This document shows positions 11,647-39,442 of a stretch of 64,000 nucleotides of DNA, in pieces. The stretch comes from Chrysomallon squamiferum. Lineage: Eukaryota; Animalia; Mollusca. Where the stretch lies: assembly GCA_012295275.1 (NCBI GenBank), contig CM022670.1, forward strand, positions 30,380,001 through 30,444,000, read 5' to 3'. A program made the position numbers and the translations under genes. The stretch's first letter is position 1; every line of letters starts with the position of its first letter. Under the pieces are notes generated by a model. The model was not told the origin of the DNA. It saw only the letters and a list, made by a program, of their open reading frames with translations, and made no database searches.

Positions 11647-14259
11647 GTTATTATCCTATTCTTATCTTTTTAGTTTTTCAGAAAATATGCAATATTACAC
11701 ATTTGAAATTGAACAATATTATCAAGGTGTTGTTTGAATATCAAAAATATATAACTTTTTAAACATTTTAACCAAATACATTTTTGTCTAAAATAGAATA
11801 ACATATTTTTGTCCTGAATTAAATGAAGGAAAAAAAAAAAAAGAAAGGAAGAAAAACAAACGAATCAAAACAGATGCAAGTTTAGTATTTTTCTTCTCAT
11901 ATGAATAGTATACCATTACAAGAATATTAGTTCCAAATACAAAAAAGTTAAATTATAAAGAATTTATAATTTTATTAAATTTCATAATTATCTTTTAACT
12001 GAAATGTTACAATTACTTTGGTGCCTTTTAACATTTTATTATTACTTTTCTTTTCTTTTTTTAGGAAAATTTGTTCTGTTCAATTTTTAAAAATATATTT
12101 TCAAAAAAAAAAAGACTATTGTCAATTTGTATTTCAACTGTTGCAAAATTACATTTTCTCAAATGCATGTAAAAAGGTTTTTAGAGATTCTGTCTACCTG
12201 TAAGATAAGAGATCACACATGAAAGTTGTACATCTGGTCCAAAATGTTGAGAATTCAGTATACAGAGTTTGTGTGTATGTGTTAAAACTAAGTAACTATA
12301 TATTAAATTTAATTGAAAAACATTTTTATTTTTTGTATATTTTTATTATTAAAAATGTAGACTTCATTAGTAAATGTATGTGAGATATGAAACATATAGG
12401 GTAAATAACAAACAGTGTATAACAAAGATTTTGTATTCTGTTTGATACAAAGCTAATACTAATAAAAATATTTTATAAGCCAATTTTTTGTCTTTCATTT
12501 CTTAGTTATTAAAGAATAGTACATGATGGCGATAATAATTCTAATATTTCATAGCTTGACCTTATATGTATTTAATTTAAAGATTTACTTTTAGCTCTTA
12601 TAAAATTTGCTATAATAAAGTAAACATTAAAGACATAAAACTAAGACAAATTTATAGCATTTTATTACATTAACGGACACTTAAGGTTGGACAAATGACA
12701 TACATGTATTTTTAACACAGGCAGCATAATTTTGTTTACTAACAGCCATAGATACAGTAACTTTTAACACATATTCTAACCAGGACCACTATTATGAAAT
12801 CAAGATAAAATGTGTCAATCACCAAAATGTGAATACCAGTGGACTAGAGTTATCATGCTTTCAGAAATATATTTATGTATCTACATGTGCAAATATTAGT
12901 AGGTAATAATAAAATAATGTTAAAAATCTATCACTTGATAACCATTTATTTAAAATTTAAAATTCAGTATGTTCTACAATAACAGTTTTATCCAATTATA
13001 CAACACTAGTTGATCAATTACATCTCATCTGATTAAATTATATCGGGGTTTTTTGTGATAAATATATGTCATTTGTAGGATGTTGATATCAAATCAAATC
13101 AGTTTATATTCTGATCCATCTGAATTAGATAATATTATATCTTAATATAGACTACTCAAATCCTTATATATTTAACTTTATTCATCCAATTTCAATACTG
13201 ATTTCAATGCAGCAAACATAACAGCTAAATTTAAATGACTTAATAGTTCATTCATACAATTAACTCAACAAATCTACAACTTGTCATGTAAATCAGCCTC
13301 AAATGCTAGTTTTTCCATCAAAGTTCTTAACACATAAATTCAGAGAGATAATACCCATGTACTTTTAAAGATCATTTATCTGGCATTCTTATGACCAGAG
13401 GTGACATAGATTTCTGATTTTCCAGTTTATGTATAGCTAAAATGTAACAATCCTGATTAATTTAATTATTATGGATTTCATTTAATTTCTTCACAACAGA
13501 GGTTGGTATAACTATCTTATGGCAAACATTTTAGCTATGGTAAAGCTGATGATACTCATAATGGACTGATGCAAGTGTAATATGATAATCCACACTTGTA
13601 ATTCAGTATTATGGATGCAAAGATTTTAGTCACTAAAGAGGTAAAAGTAAATAACTAATAATAATTGTAAATAATAATAATAATAATAACAAATATGAAA
13701 TAAATGAAGTAATTCACATCAGAAGTTTTATTAAGCAATATTATTATAATTAAAAAAGAAAAAAGAAAGAAATGATTTACAATTAACAAAGGAATAATAA
13801 TAATAATGCTGGATGGACAATAATAATGTACAAAAATAATTAATCACAATAAAACTGATATTTAATTGTTACCAGGTTCAAACAACATGGACATTTTTCA
13901 TAAATTACTGAAATAAATGCATCTGTTTACCGGTATAATTTTTATGGAATTCAGATAATATATTTGATATCAGGTATTAAACAACAGTCATTACATAAAG
14001 GAAAATATCTATAATATATTTATATTACAGATATAACCAACAAACAAATTCTGCACACAACATAATGAAAGAATATAAATGTGTAATTACATTAACTATA
14101 ACACTGGACATTTTTCAAAATGGCTGTCTCATATACCAATACATTTTTCATTTCTTAAATAAAACAGAAACTTAACAACAATTACACTGACCAAAGGGGG
14201 AAAATAATTTAAAAAAAACAAACAACAAAAAACCACCCGAAAAAAAAAAACAAATAATA

Positions 14260-14305
<46 letters not shown>

Positions 14306-16693
14306 TATCACTTTATACAGAAATATATTTATTTTATTTATAACTGTGTTTCAAAATCTCCACAATAAACAAAGTTGTAATCATCTACAGAATCACCCAT
14401 TTTGAATACACAACAAATACATTATAGAAATTTAACATAAGAAATATTTAAAATGTATATTCTGGAAATTTATAGGTCTGTTTAAAAAATTCAAGTTCAT
14501 ATCTACAATTATTCTAGAATAGGTTTTAGAGTAGTAACAAATGGATTTTATATGTGGTCAAAATAATATAAAGTACGTCATATCCTAGTTTAAAATGTTC
14601 AGTTTATAGAGATATCTGGTTATTAAGATTTTAATTTTAGGTTCTGGATAATCTGTTTGGGCCACATATTTTGGATTAGTGAGTCCAATTGCACATTAAA
14701 TATAGTAAGAATAAAAATAATATTTAATGTTCAGAATATAAAAATAATATATATATATATATAACTTGAGCAAGGAAAAAAATAACCACAGTCAGTTAAC
14801 AAAAGCCACTTAACAAATTAACAAAATGTTTATTTTACATTTTGCAAAGCCAAAAGATATAATTCACAAAATCATTAATAAAAAATATGTCCATCTAATG
14901 ATATAACATAAACAAATAAAGATAAGTTTTTTTGTATTATCTGTTTAGAGATAGATCAACATTATTATGGTTTCAGTTGTTAATTAACAATAATTACAGT
15001 TATCTATGTTCTTTTGAAAAAGTGGTTTTCAAGTTTATTTAATAAAACTGTCATAATTTCAATCTGTAAGAATTTGAAGGAACTGAATACGTGGGATAAT
15101 AATGATTCAGTACAGGTTCAAGCATTAGCTAGTTTATATTTAAATACCATAAAAACCCCCAAATAAAAATGAAGTAATATATATCATAAATAACTTTATT
15201 ATTTTTTTCTTTTAAAATTTTTATCAGTCTCTTTTTCTTTCAGTTTTCTGTTGAGGTTTTTATATGTGTAGTACTTATTTAGTATTTATATTATTTTTTT
15301 CCATTTCTTGTATTCTAATAAAAACAAAAACACAAAAATTCATTCATGCCTATTGAAATCTACTTTTTTGTGAATTTTATTTTTATTTTCATTCAAAATA
15401 ACTAATTATGAGCATTTTATAATAATTCTTCATTCTTCTTCTTGTTCTTCTTACTATTATTATTATTATTATTATTATTACTCAATTTCAATTTATATTA
15501 AACCTTCTTTAACCAAATTTTATTTTTGTTCTTTCTAAAATCTAAATTGTTATTTTGTTGGGTTTTTCAAAACATTATTAGTTTTCAATTTCAAGGATCC
15601 TTCAACTATTAACTACAGAAGAAAAGCAGAGAAATAAAATATTACTGTGAACAAGTACTTAGATGCTGAAACAGCATCAGCAAATATTGTGTGAGATAGA
15701 TATAATGTGTCACAGTATGATGGCACTACAAACAGTATGTCAGTTTAGTGATGACATCCATAAAAATGTCAGCCTTTTCTTACTATTTCAATTATTATTA
15801 TTATTATTATGATGATGTTGTTGTTGGTATTAGTGATGATGATGTTTACAGTAATAACTGTAATATTAATAAAAAAAAAAAGTATTAATTTTTTAACAAA
15901 TAATATTAGTAATAATTCTGTTATTTCAGTTATGGTTTAGTACAAAATAATCCTGTACAAAAAAACAATAAAAGAAACAGGTATTTTATTTTTGTTATTA
16001 TAAATAATCCTAATCTACCTAATTTTTTGTATTGTTACTTTCACTTATTTCTTTTCTTTAAGTTATTTAATGTTTCACTGATATCAAAATACATAAGCAT
16101 ATTAAATGTGGACAAAGACTAATATATGAAAAGGTAACAAGCTGAAAGACAGATGGTGGTTATAATGGGCAAAAAAGGTGGACATTAACACAACTGTTTC
16201 ACCAGTTCCACATTACTCGTCCACAACCAAGAAAAAACAAAAATAATAATAATACAAAGCCTTTAAAAAGTATATATAAAATAATAATGAATATATATTA
16301 TATAAAAAAAAAGAAAAAAAAAGGCTTGTTTAATATTTACTTAGAATGCACAAAAAGAAAAAAAAGAAAAAAAACCCCCAAAACCTCATTGAATTTCAAA
16401 ACTAATCATTAATAAAACCAAAGCATGATGTAAAATTGCACAAGTAATAATACAGATGATCTCAATAATAACAATCCCTTCTTCTTCTTTTTTTAAGGAA
16501 AACAAAATAAATAAATAAATAAACAAATAGAAATTAAGACAAATACCTCATGCCAAAATAATAATAATAATAAAAACCTTTTCTGCCAACAGTTAAACTA
16601 GCTTTATATCAACCAAATGAATAAAAATCTCCAGGAGAAAATTTCACAAGCAGAGGAAGCCAATTAGACAGGAATATACCAAGATAAAATATA

Positions 16694-27480
<10,787 letters not shown>

Positions 27481-28826
27481 GATGGCTGGCGGCTGGAACA
27501 TTAAATAAAAACACAAAAATAAAAACATGAACAACTTGACAATAAACAAAAAGGAGGAGGGAGACAACAGAAAGGGAGAAAAAACATCAAAGAGTGAGAA
27601 AGAAAGAAAGATTTTCAGAAAGAGAATATGGGAGAGAAACTGAGAAAGAGACACAGAAAGACAAGTAGAAAAAAGTGACAAAGGGAGAGAAAAACTAATT
27701 TGTCTCGATGCTTGGTTAACATATCAAAATATATAAACCAGAACTGTCAGTGATTTAAGTTAAGTATTTAACATGTAGATGAATGCAAACACTTCTGTTC
27801 ATTATCATATATCAACCTGAAATTCTTGAAAGTAATATGTTGAAGTCAATTTAATAAAAAAATTAAAATTAAAAAATAAACATTGCCTATAAGGTAATGA
27901 TATAAATAAGTAAATTATTCTTTTGCTAGATTCTGATCACATTGATTGGAAGCTTTCAATCACCCAACTCATTCATGATTTTGTTGAATGTATAAACCAA
28001 CTCTTGGCAACTGCCAGCTGTAAGTTACTGTCAGCTTTCAGTTAACACCAGGTCATAATAATTGTCCTATCTAACCAAACAGCAATAAATGACCAGAAAA
28101 ACAAACACAATGGTACATCAGTTATGTTGTGTGTAATGTAATGGTAATAGTTATATTTGTAATTTACATTATATTAAAAATGTTTTTATTTTTCATTTGT
28201 TTTCAAAAAAAAGAAGAAATGTTCAAAAAGATTATCTGATTTTAAGAAAATATTGGCTATGCAGTAATTATATCTGTGCAAACATTTACAAACTAACTAT
28301 ATGAATTAATGAGAATATAATAGAATAACTCTTGTTTGTATCTATATATTTTTATTTGTATTAAAGATATATATCCCAAAGTAAAAAATAAATTAAAATA
28401 AATAAACAACACAAACAATAAATGAATAAATAAATAAATAAATAAAATAACTAATTAAAAATGCTAAACAAAACTCAAATTAAACCAAACAAAAAAAACA
28501 ACTTATAACTTATAATTGTTTATCAGTATATATTTTGATGACATAACTGAAAGCTACGTCCATCTCATTTTCTGAACTGCAAGTTCCACAACTGATAACA
28601 TCTATGCTACAGTTTTAAATAGTAATAGATTTTATTTACTTATTTATTCCGTGGAAATGAATATTGTCTTCATTTTAATTTTCTTTTTATTATTTTATTA
28701 TTTTATTTTTTTTTACTGATGAACACTTCGTTAATAAATCCGTATTTAATTATTTATTATTATTATTATTTAATAAAATTAAAATAATGAACTATAATAG
28801 GAAATTCTGACAGCTATTTTGCTTAC

Positions 28827-29200
28827 CTGTTGGTTCTTAAGAGAGTTAGCCAGGCTGAACAAGTTCCTATATAGTATCGAAGTGATCAACAAGCCAAGGG
28901 CAAGAAACTCAAGTCAATATTATTAAGACATCGCAAATATGAAAATATATTATCACTCTACAATCACTTCTGATAATAGTCTATAACCAGTTAAGTATTA
29001 AATAAATGTTGATATGTCGTTAAATAAGGTTATTAACTTGAAACTTCAAAATATGTCAAACAAGGTTCCAGATATTTCCCCATTTTCCGCAAAACCTGTT
29101 TTCCGTGAAATATTCCGCTTTGACCCTGTGGTATATTCTTAACGCAAATAACAAATATGGCCACAGGTTGTCGACATAATATGGGGCTATTTTGGGGCAA
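28827..29200 (-). promoter_or_regulatory. Likely non-coding first exon/promoter of ZYG11
   Basis: Strong donor CAG|gtaagc at 28827/28826 and local CpG enrichment. The first coding exon has an acceptor at 27493, 12 nt before the ATG. Confidence 0.55.
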
Positions 29201-29638
29201 CATCTAAATGTCAAAGAATTTTTAATAAAACTGCGTAGATGTTCACTAGTTCATGAAGTTATATATAACTATAATAATATTGACAAACAGCTGAAAAACC
29301 AGTCAGTGAAGATTAAATAGTTTTTAGGGTTTTTTCTTCTTTTCTTCTTATTTTCTTTTTTCTTTTTTCTTCGTATTATTTTTAAATATAAAAACAAGAA
29401 AAAGAAATATAATTATTCCACAAACTAGTCTCTCTCAGTTGAATACATTATTCACTAAAACGTCTCAATATGATTAATTATACGGTAAAACTCATATATG
29501 ATATTAACTAAAACATCAGCAAAAGTTCAGAACATTTCCTACATGATCCGAACTACGTTCTTGTATCTGTATAATATTATATATTTTTTTAAATAATGAA
29601 ATCCTGAACTTACCTATTATTATCTTTCCTCCTGTGAC

Positions 29639-31851
<2,213 letters not shown>

Positions 31852-33089
31852 CTGAAGAAAGAAAAAAGGAATATATTTTGGGTATCTGTTTTTAAAATAA
31901 ATAATATAAAGAAGATACTGTAGTAGTGACGTAATCTATGTGGCAAAATTTTATTTTCACACAACTTACCATTATACGTATATATACATAAAGACATACA
32001 TATAGACATACATATAGACATACATATATATACATACATATAAATGTACATGCATATATTATATACATACTGTCACGGAATTCAGATGTACAACAAATTT
32101 ATCATTCAGCGACAACCGCCTGTTTATTTTTATGTCATGGAATTCAAATTGCAAAACTAATTTTTACTTCAATCACATTCGCACTTTTTATTTTTATGCC
32201 ATGGAATTTAAATTGCGTAACAAAACTTAACTTCAATCATGTCCACACTTTTTATTTTTGCCTTTGGCGCCAATTTTTAAACTCCATGGCGTTGTTTTAA
32301 AAGATATGTCACTTGGTAATTAAGGAGAGAAGGAAACGACCAACACGAAAGTCAGGCAGAAAACTAATATTTTTGAATAACATTGTCTTTACGGACAAGT
32401 ATAATAAGCCATTGTCTATTCTTATTTTGATAGGGTGTAATGTGCAGTTAACCTGTGTCAGTAATATTTAATATACATACAAATTTTAATAGTTTAATCT
32501 CTTCTCCGTGCAGATTCTTATTTTGTCTTGGTTCCCCGTATGACCTTACTTGTACCATTAATCAAAATTATTTAAATATATGTTGTATCGATTGTATAAT
32601 GTATTATTATAAAGTCATCTGTATATCATAATTAAATAATTAGCTTGTTCCTTAATTTGTTGATTGATATAGATTACTGTCAATGTAGCGTTTATATTCC
32701 TTGTTACCTTAGGCTGGCCTTAATAAAACGTGCAAGATGTTTAATGGTGTGGGCCCCATGACACATACATATACATACATATACACATACAAACATACAC
32801 AAATACATATATACATATATATTATACATACATACACACACACATACATACACATATAATACGTAAAAGACACTGATATTCATATATAAAAATATACATA
32901 CATACATACATACATACATACAGGCAAAGATAGATACCCAGATTCATATATGCACACAAATATGCTCAGACTCATTAAACAGATTAAGATTTTGTTTTTT
33001 CAAATAAATACCTTGCGAAATTATAGAATCTCTCCAGTTTCGATTTTTTTTATTTTTATAAGAGTTTCACTTGAAGTAAACAATGCAGA

Positions 33090-33726
33090 TTACGTCAACA
33101 GTTAAATTACGTCAATATTATAATAACTACGTTTGATCCTTTGTAATAAGTAACGAGGCGAAATGAAATAGCAGTTACAATAATTATTATAGTTAACTAA
33201 ATAAATAGGCAATAAAATCGGAAAATCGGCAGATTTGTCCTTTGAAGAAATTATAATGACTTTGTTACTGATATTACTGTAAAATAGTCGCGGCCTTTGG
33301 CGTGTTTCTGGCTGAATTATAATGAATCTCATTTCATTTTTAAAGTTATAATATTCCCCCATTAAAAGGATATATAGTCTGTTAGAAATTTACGTGAATT
33401 TAGACGTCTGCTTAAATGTACATCTGAACAATTTATTTGAATAGCATAATGAAATAAATTTAAATATTATTAAATAGCTGGACTTGTGGTTGATAGACGG
33501 ACAGGTAGATATCAATGCAGGCAGGCAGATATATAGATAGATGGATTGATAGATATATAGATAGTTGTGTGTGCGTGCGTGAAACTGTAGGTGATAATTA
33601 TTTCAATAAATATTTTTGTTGTTATTTGTTCTGTTTTGTTTTTCATTTTATACCATTTCTGCGTCTATTATTGTTAATGTTACTGATGTAGGCTATATTC
33701 TGACGTCATATATATTTTTGACGTCA
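33090..33726. promoter_or_regulatory. Divergent promoter with paired CRE-type sites
   Basis: TTACGTCA at 33090-33097 and 33107-33114. Perfect TGACGTCA at 33701-33708 and 33719-33726, with TATATA between them. Confidence 0.6.
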
Positions 33727-33897
33727 TACTTCAGCGATTAGCTTAAAATTATGTAAATAATACAATTAAAACTACAGTTCTAATAATTTAGCTTATGACA
33801 GCAAAAAATGAAAACAGAACAGCTATATTCGAATAGAAAGAACACCATTAGGAATTAATAGAAGGAGACATATATAGAATTATTACGCAATAGTTTG

Positions 33898-34175
33898 ATG
33901 CCTGAGTCAGAAAAAGTGCGAACACTACTGCCAAAAACTGCGGCAGAGGTAGAGGCGGAGGCAAAGACAAGGGATCCATATGCTGGAAGCACTTCTGGAT
34001 CCGTCCCAAAAATAGGATACTGGAGAAGAGCGATTTTACGTGTAAGACAAAGATTGTCGTTAGCCCTGGTTTACGGCACTTAAGTAAACAGAAGTTGCTT
34101 TTCAGCTCGTCTTGTTTTCAGATAAATAATCATTATTATAATATTGTGTTTATTTATTTATTTATTTATTTTTTT

Positions 34176-34221
<46 letters not shown>

Positions 34222-34945
34222 GTTGTTACTGTCATTGTTGCTGATGATGATGACGCTTATTGTTATTGCAGATTTGTAATATATATATATATAGTTAGTT
34301 ATTATTTTTTTGTATCTGTATGTTTGAAGTATGATAAAACACTATTATTATTATTATTATTATTATTATTAGGTTCTAGCTTTTACCGAAATACGTAGAG
34401 ATGAGCTGCGACTTTTTCTCGACAACGATCCGTTCTTACAAAGATTTACTACAAGTGCTACTCATTTCCAACCTGAACAGAAAGAAAAATTTAAGTTTAG
34501 ACATGTTTTCACTTCAAAGTAAGTGTTTAATATCTTCAAATATCAGATTTTTGTGTTTTAACAATTACATTAATAATTTAATAATAATAATCATCATCAT
34601 CAAGAAGTTGAAGAAGATGAAGAAGAAGAAGAAAGATAGATCGATAGATACATAGACAGACAAACAGACCAAAGGAAGAAGATGATAATTTTGTCTACTT
34701 TTAAACTGTAAAAGGATGTAAAGGAATGTGCATGTGCGCGTATATGTAGATCATATTTACATTAGCACATGTATATGACAATTTCTAATGGATTAAAAAA
34801 TCATCACTAGATGTTTCTAGACCACACATGCTGTGTAGTCCTATACATTATGGATTTAGATATAATGAAACACAGTGCTCTTCCATGCTATGAGGTTTTA
34901 AGCAGAAACTTATGTTCTTTCCTTTTTTTTTTTAGGTTTAATTTA

Positions 34946-35021
<76 letters not shown>

Positions 35022-35918
35022 GTTTATTTTAATCAGGCTCTGCTTCCACTTTAATTCGTCACTTAGCCACTTCATTTTGTTCAGTCTGTTTATTAGTCAT
35101 ATTTCGGCTGTTTTTGCTGACATTAGGCAGTCTGCCTATCCTGACTTGACATTATTTCTTTTCGATTTTACATGAATTTTTTTTCCAAACTTCCAGTTTG
35201 TTCTGGATCAAAGTGTTTGGAATGAATAAAAAAATTACTTAATGATATCTTCTAAACTACGACGACACAGTGAATTTCTGCAGACAGTACTATTGCAATA
35301 TAATAATGTAAATGATCTATCTGTTTCAGTCCATGTATATGGATATTTAAAAGTCAGGCGTTATAATATGAGTCTGTGTGTGTGTGTGTGTGTTGCTTCT
35401 TGCAATATCCAATTTAATGTTTCGTATGTTTTCACTAGGAAATTAATTATTATCTATAAAGATGCGAGAGACGATGTATCTAACAAACATGACAGATTAT
35501 AATGATTTATTCATTTATTTATTTATTTGTAGATTCTGGAGAGACCTGGTTATAGATCCTTCAAATACTTTCTATTACAAATGGTCACAACTGGTCGCTA
35601 TTGCAATATACTACAATATCATCGTCGTCATTGTTAGAGCTGTGTTTCCAGAACTGCAGAAAACTCACCTTATGCCCTTCTGGTTCGTCATGGATTACTT
35701 CTTCGACACCGTCTATATCCTTGACGGCTTTGTTAAAAGTAGACTTGGTAATATATTTTGGATTAAGTCAGTGTACAGTCATCATTATCGTTGTTGTTGT
35801 TATTATTCTTGATGAATACAAGTATGAAGCCTGTTTATTTGTAACATTAATAAATGAACGAAGAATAATTTATTTGATGTAAATGTGTATAAAGACATTA
35901 ATTATTTATTTACTTATT

Positions 35919-35986
<68 letters not shown>

Positions 35987-37802
35987 TTAGTTAGTTAATT
36001 AGTTATAATTATTTTATTTTATTACAGGATATCTGGAACATGGTATTCTTGTAACGGACCCGAAAATATTATCTCAGAAATATATTTTTTCACCTCGCTA
36101 TTTTGTTGACGTTTTATGTGTCGTTCCATTAGAACTCTTCTATATTTTTGTTGGATATACGTCACTGTTACGAACGAACAGAATTTTGAAGGTGTTTAGA
36201 CTTAAAGAATTCATTATCGATTCCGAAACCAGACTCAGTTATCCCATCTTGTTTCGTCTGGTTTTCCTCATCTTTAATATTTTGATAGTAATTCACTGGA
36301 ATGCTTGCATCTTTTACGCATTTAGTGAACGCTTTGGATTAAATACCGACGACTGGGTATACTCCGTAACGAAGGAAGCAGACTTACACTTTGCTAATAA
36401 ATACCTGAGATGCTTCTACTGGTCGATGTTAACACTTACTGCTATTGGCGACAATCCGACTCCAGAGAGAGTTGAAGCGTTCCTCTACACCATCTGCTGC
36501 ACTCTGATTGGCGTTCTCATTTTCGCCACAATTTTCGGTAACATCGGAGTCATGGTTAACCAGATGAATGCTAGCCGCACTGAATTTCAAAAGAATGTCG
36601 ATTCGGTTAAGAGGTACATGGCCGTCCGGAGGGTGTGTCCTTTTCTTCAGGACAGAGTGGTCCGATGGTTTGCGTACAGGTGGAAAAACGAAAAGCAAGC
36701 CGTTGATGACGAGCAAGCCCTGTCCATCCTCCCGGAGAAACTTCGAGCAGAGATATCGATTCATGTACATCTGGATACACTGAAGAGGGTTGCCTTGTTC
36801 AAGGATTGTGAACCAGGATTGTTAATAGAACTGGTGTTGAAACTTCGACTCCAGGTGATAAGTCCGGGTGATTACGTTTGCCGTTATGGCGACATTGGAA
36901 AAGAAATGTACATAGTGAAACGCGGGAAATTGATTGTCATAGGCGACGACGGTAAAACGATTTTATCGATGCTCGAAGATGGTGAAGTTTTCGGTGAAAT
37001 CAGCATTCTAAATATTCCAGGAAATAGGACAGGCAATCGTCGGACATGTAGCGTGAGAAGTGTGGGATATTCTGACTTGTTTTGTTTGTCGAAATTCGAT
37101 TTGTGGCAAGCGCTGGCAGAATATCCTGATGCCAAGAAAATGCTGCAAGAGAGAGGAAAACAGATTCTCAGGAAAGACCATCTTCTGGATGAAGAAGCAG
37201 CTATAAAGGAGGAAGTTTCGAAATTGACACTGGAGAAAAAGGTCGAATACGTATCGTATCAGGTGACTGGGCTCAGCGACAAAATTGATTTAATGTTCGA
37301 AACACTGGCGTTAATTCAACACGTTGTGGCTCCTGATGCAAAAGTACCTAAAAGAGTTCAGAGTACGGAGTCAGTAGGCGGAGGAATAATGAGAAATTTC
37401 GCTTTTGCGACGAGCCTGTTAAAAGGCCGTCCTACAGAATACAAGGAAAAGAGCGAAGACGTTTTGCAGCAGCATTCAAAAACACAAGAGACGTATGACA
37501 AACACGAAAAATCAGACTCACATCATAAGCACGAAAAATCAGACTCACATCATAAGCACGAAAAATCAGACTCACATCACAAGCACGAAAAATCAGAGAC
37601 GCTGCACAAGTCCGATAAATCAGACACTCAACTCAAACAAGAAAAATCAGATACGTCGGACAAACATAAAACGTCAGACATATCTCTCAAGGTGAAAGGA
37701 TGGCACTCGACTCACAAATCTGAGAAAGGAAGTACGTCTGACGTATCTAAAAAAACAGACGCTATGGACAAACCAGAGACCTCCGACAAAACCGGCAAAT
37801 GA
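33898..37802 (+). CDS. CNGA: Cyclic nucleotide-gated cation channel, alpha (CNGA/TAX-4-like) subunit, ~759 aa
   Basis: Exons 33898-34041, 34373-34518, 35533-35747 and 36028-37802 are phase-consistent. Motifs: DPFLQRF, VIDPS, S4 LLRTNRILKVFRL, IHWNAC, pore YWSMLTLTAIGDNPTP, S6 GVLIFATIFGNIG, C-linker, CNBD FGEISILNI..GNRRTCSVRSVGYSDLFCLSK and C-helix ILRKDHLLD. Confidence 0.95.
37501..37690 (+). repeat. Coding 27-bp tandem repeat (KHEKSDSHH-type, ~7 units) in the CNG C-terminus
   Basis: aagcacgaaaaatcagactcacatcat is nearly exact in 3 copies, followed by degenerate units at the same period. Confidence 0.9.
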
Positions 37803-38991
37803 CTGACGTAGACAAAATGAGGGAGGTCATTTTAAAATGTAAATAAATGAGAAAAAAAAGAACAAGAAAATGAACAAACAAAAATTATACTGATATATCT
37901 TTCAGAATGTATATTCTAGCTTATATATAATGCTTTATAATATACATTCTGACACACACAAATAACAGGTGTTTTTCTTTGTTCATTTCTTGGCTTTTTC
38001 ACCGTGAATCATCTTTTTGTTTTCCTTTACCTTTTGTGTGGTTTTGTATTGTGTGTTACATACATTTGTTTATTCAACAACAATAATAAAAGAACATTTA
38101 TTTCCTCTTCTACAATAAAAGCTAAATATATGATAATAAAGATAAATTATAATGTAAGTAGTTACTAGCGCGTAACAGGATGCTGAATGTTTAAAATATT
38201 ATTAGATTATAAAGTAAACTGCAATAATAATTTTAAAAATCATCCTTATGGTTAGAGCCGTATAAGTAATCATTATTTACTATAACAATTCATCAGGCTA
38301 TACGTTACTTATAAGTCATCTCCTTTTCATCATCATTATCGCAACAGTCATTACTATTAATACTACCACACTACTGATATTGCTACTAAAAGTGCTGCTA
38401 CAGCTGCTACTGTATCTTTTAAAGTTACTACTACTAACACCACCACCACAGTTACTACTACTACTGCTACTGCTGTTAATACAACTGCAACTGTTACTGA
38501 TTAATTTCGTCTGCTGCATTTGTACATGATATTCGTGTTTCTGAATAGTAAAACAATATACTGGACCACGACCCTCGCTGCATTCGCAATCCTAATCTTC
38601 GCGGGATAAAGATGATATTTTAAAACAGTATCAATTGTTCACTATTTATATTTATATATATTATAGTGAATTTTTTTTAATTTTTTTTTTTTTAATTTTT
38701 TTTTTTAAATAGCACTAAAGCCATTTTTCAAGTTTTGATGAGGCTAATTTAGATTTAATTCCTTGGTAATTAAATTAGTTTATAAAGACAGACATTTCTG
38801 CAACAACCAGCTAAAAAGATGTGTTGTTGTTGTTCTTGTTTAGCTCTGAGGTATACAGGTATTAATATTAAATACTAATTAAAGACAAATTCGCATTCTG
38901 CATTCAGACAACAGATAACTGGAATAAAAGATGTAAGGATAAAAGGCTATACATACTTACAGAGACATGCATTTGAAACACATTCGCTAAG

Positions 38992-39049
<58 letters not shown>

Positions 39050-39096
39050 ATAACAATAGTACAAATTTGTAATGTATTTTGACTTTTTTGTTTTAA

Positions 39097-39150
<54 letters not shown>

Positions 39151-39417
39151 TGCACAAATAAAATCATTTTAATAACTGAAATTCTTACCTGTTTGAATTA
39201 ACAGCTTTAAGCAAGAAAGACGTTAAAATCAGATTTATACTTATGCAAATCTAACTGTTCTTAATTATTGAATAAACAATCTATTTGCTAATTAAATAGT
39301 TAACTAAATAATAAATAAAATGTCTCTTTTTGCATGGATATATATATATAAAAAAATAGTTAACCTTCACAGAGCCTAATCCATAACAATCTTACTTTTA
39401 CCAGTCTATTTATTATT

Positions 39418-39442
39418 ACTTCCGGTTTCAATTCAAGATGGC
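39418..39442 (+). promoter_or_regulatory. ETS (ACTTCCGG) and YY1-like (CAAGATGGC) motifs at the TAX1BP3 start
   Basis: acttccggt at 39418-39426. caagatggc overlaps the ATG. This is a common housekeeping-promoter arrangement. Confidence 0.5.

Noticed and set aside
36429-37135. Antisense ORFs within CNG (and 27047-27382 within ZYG11)
   Set aside because: These are shadow frames of real coding exons with no independent signals.
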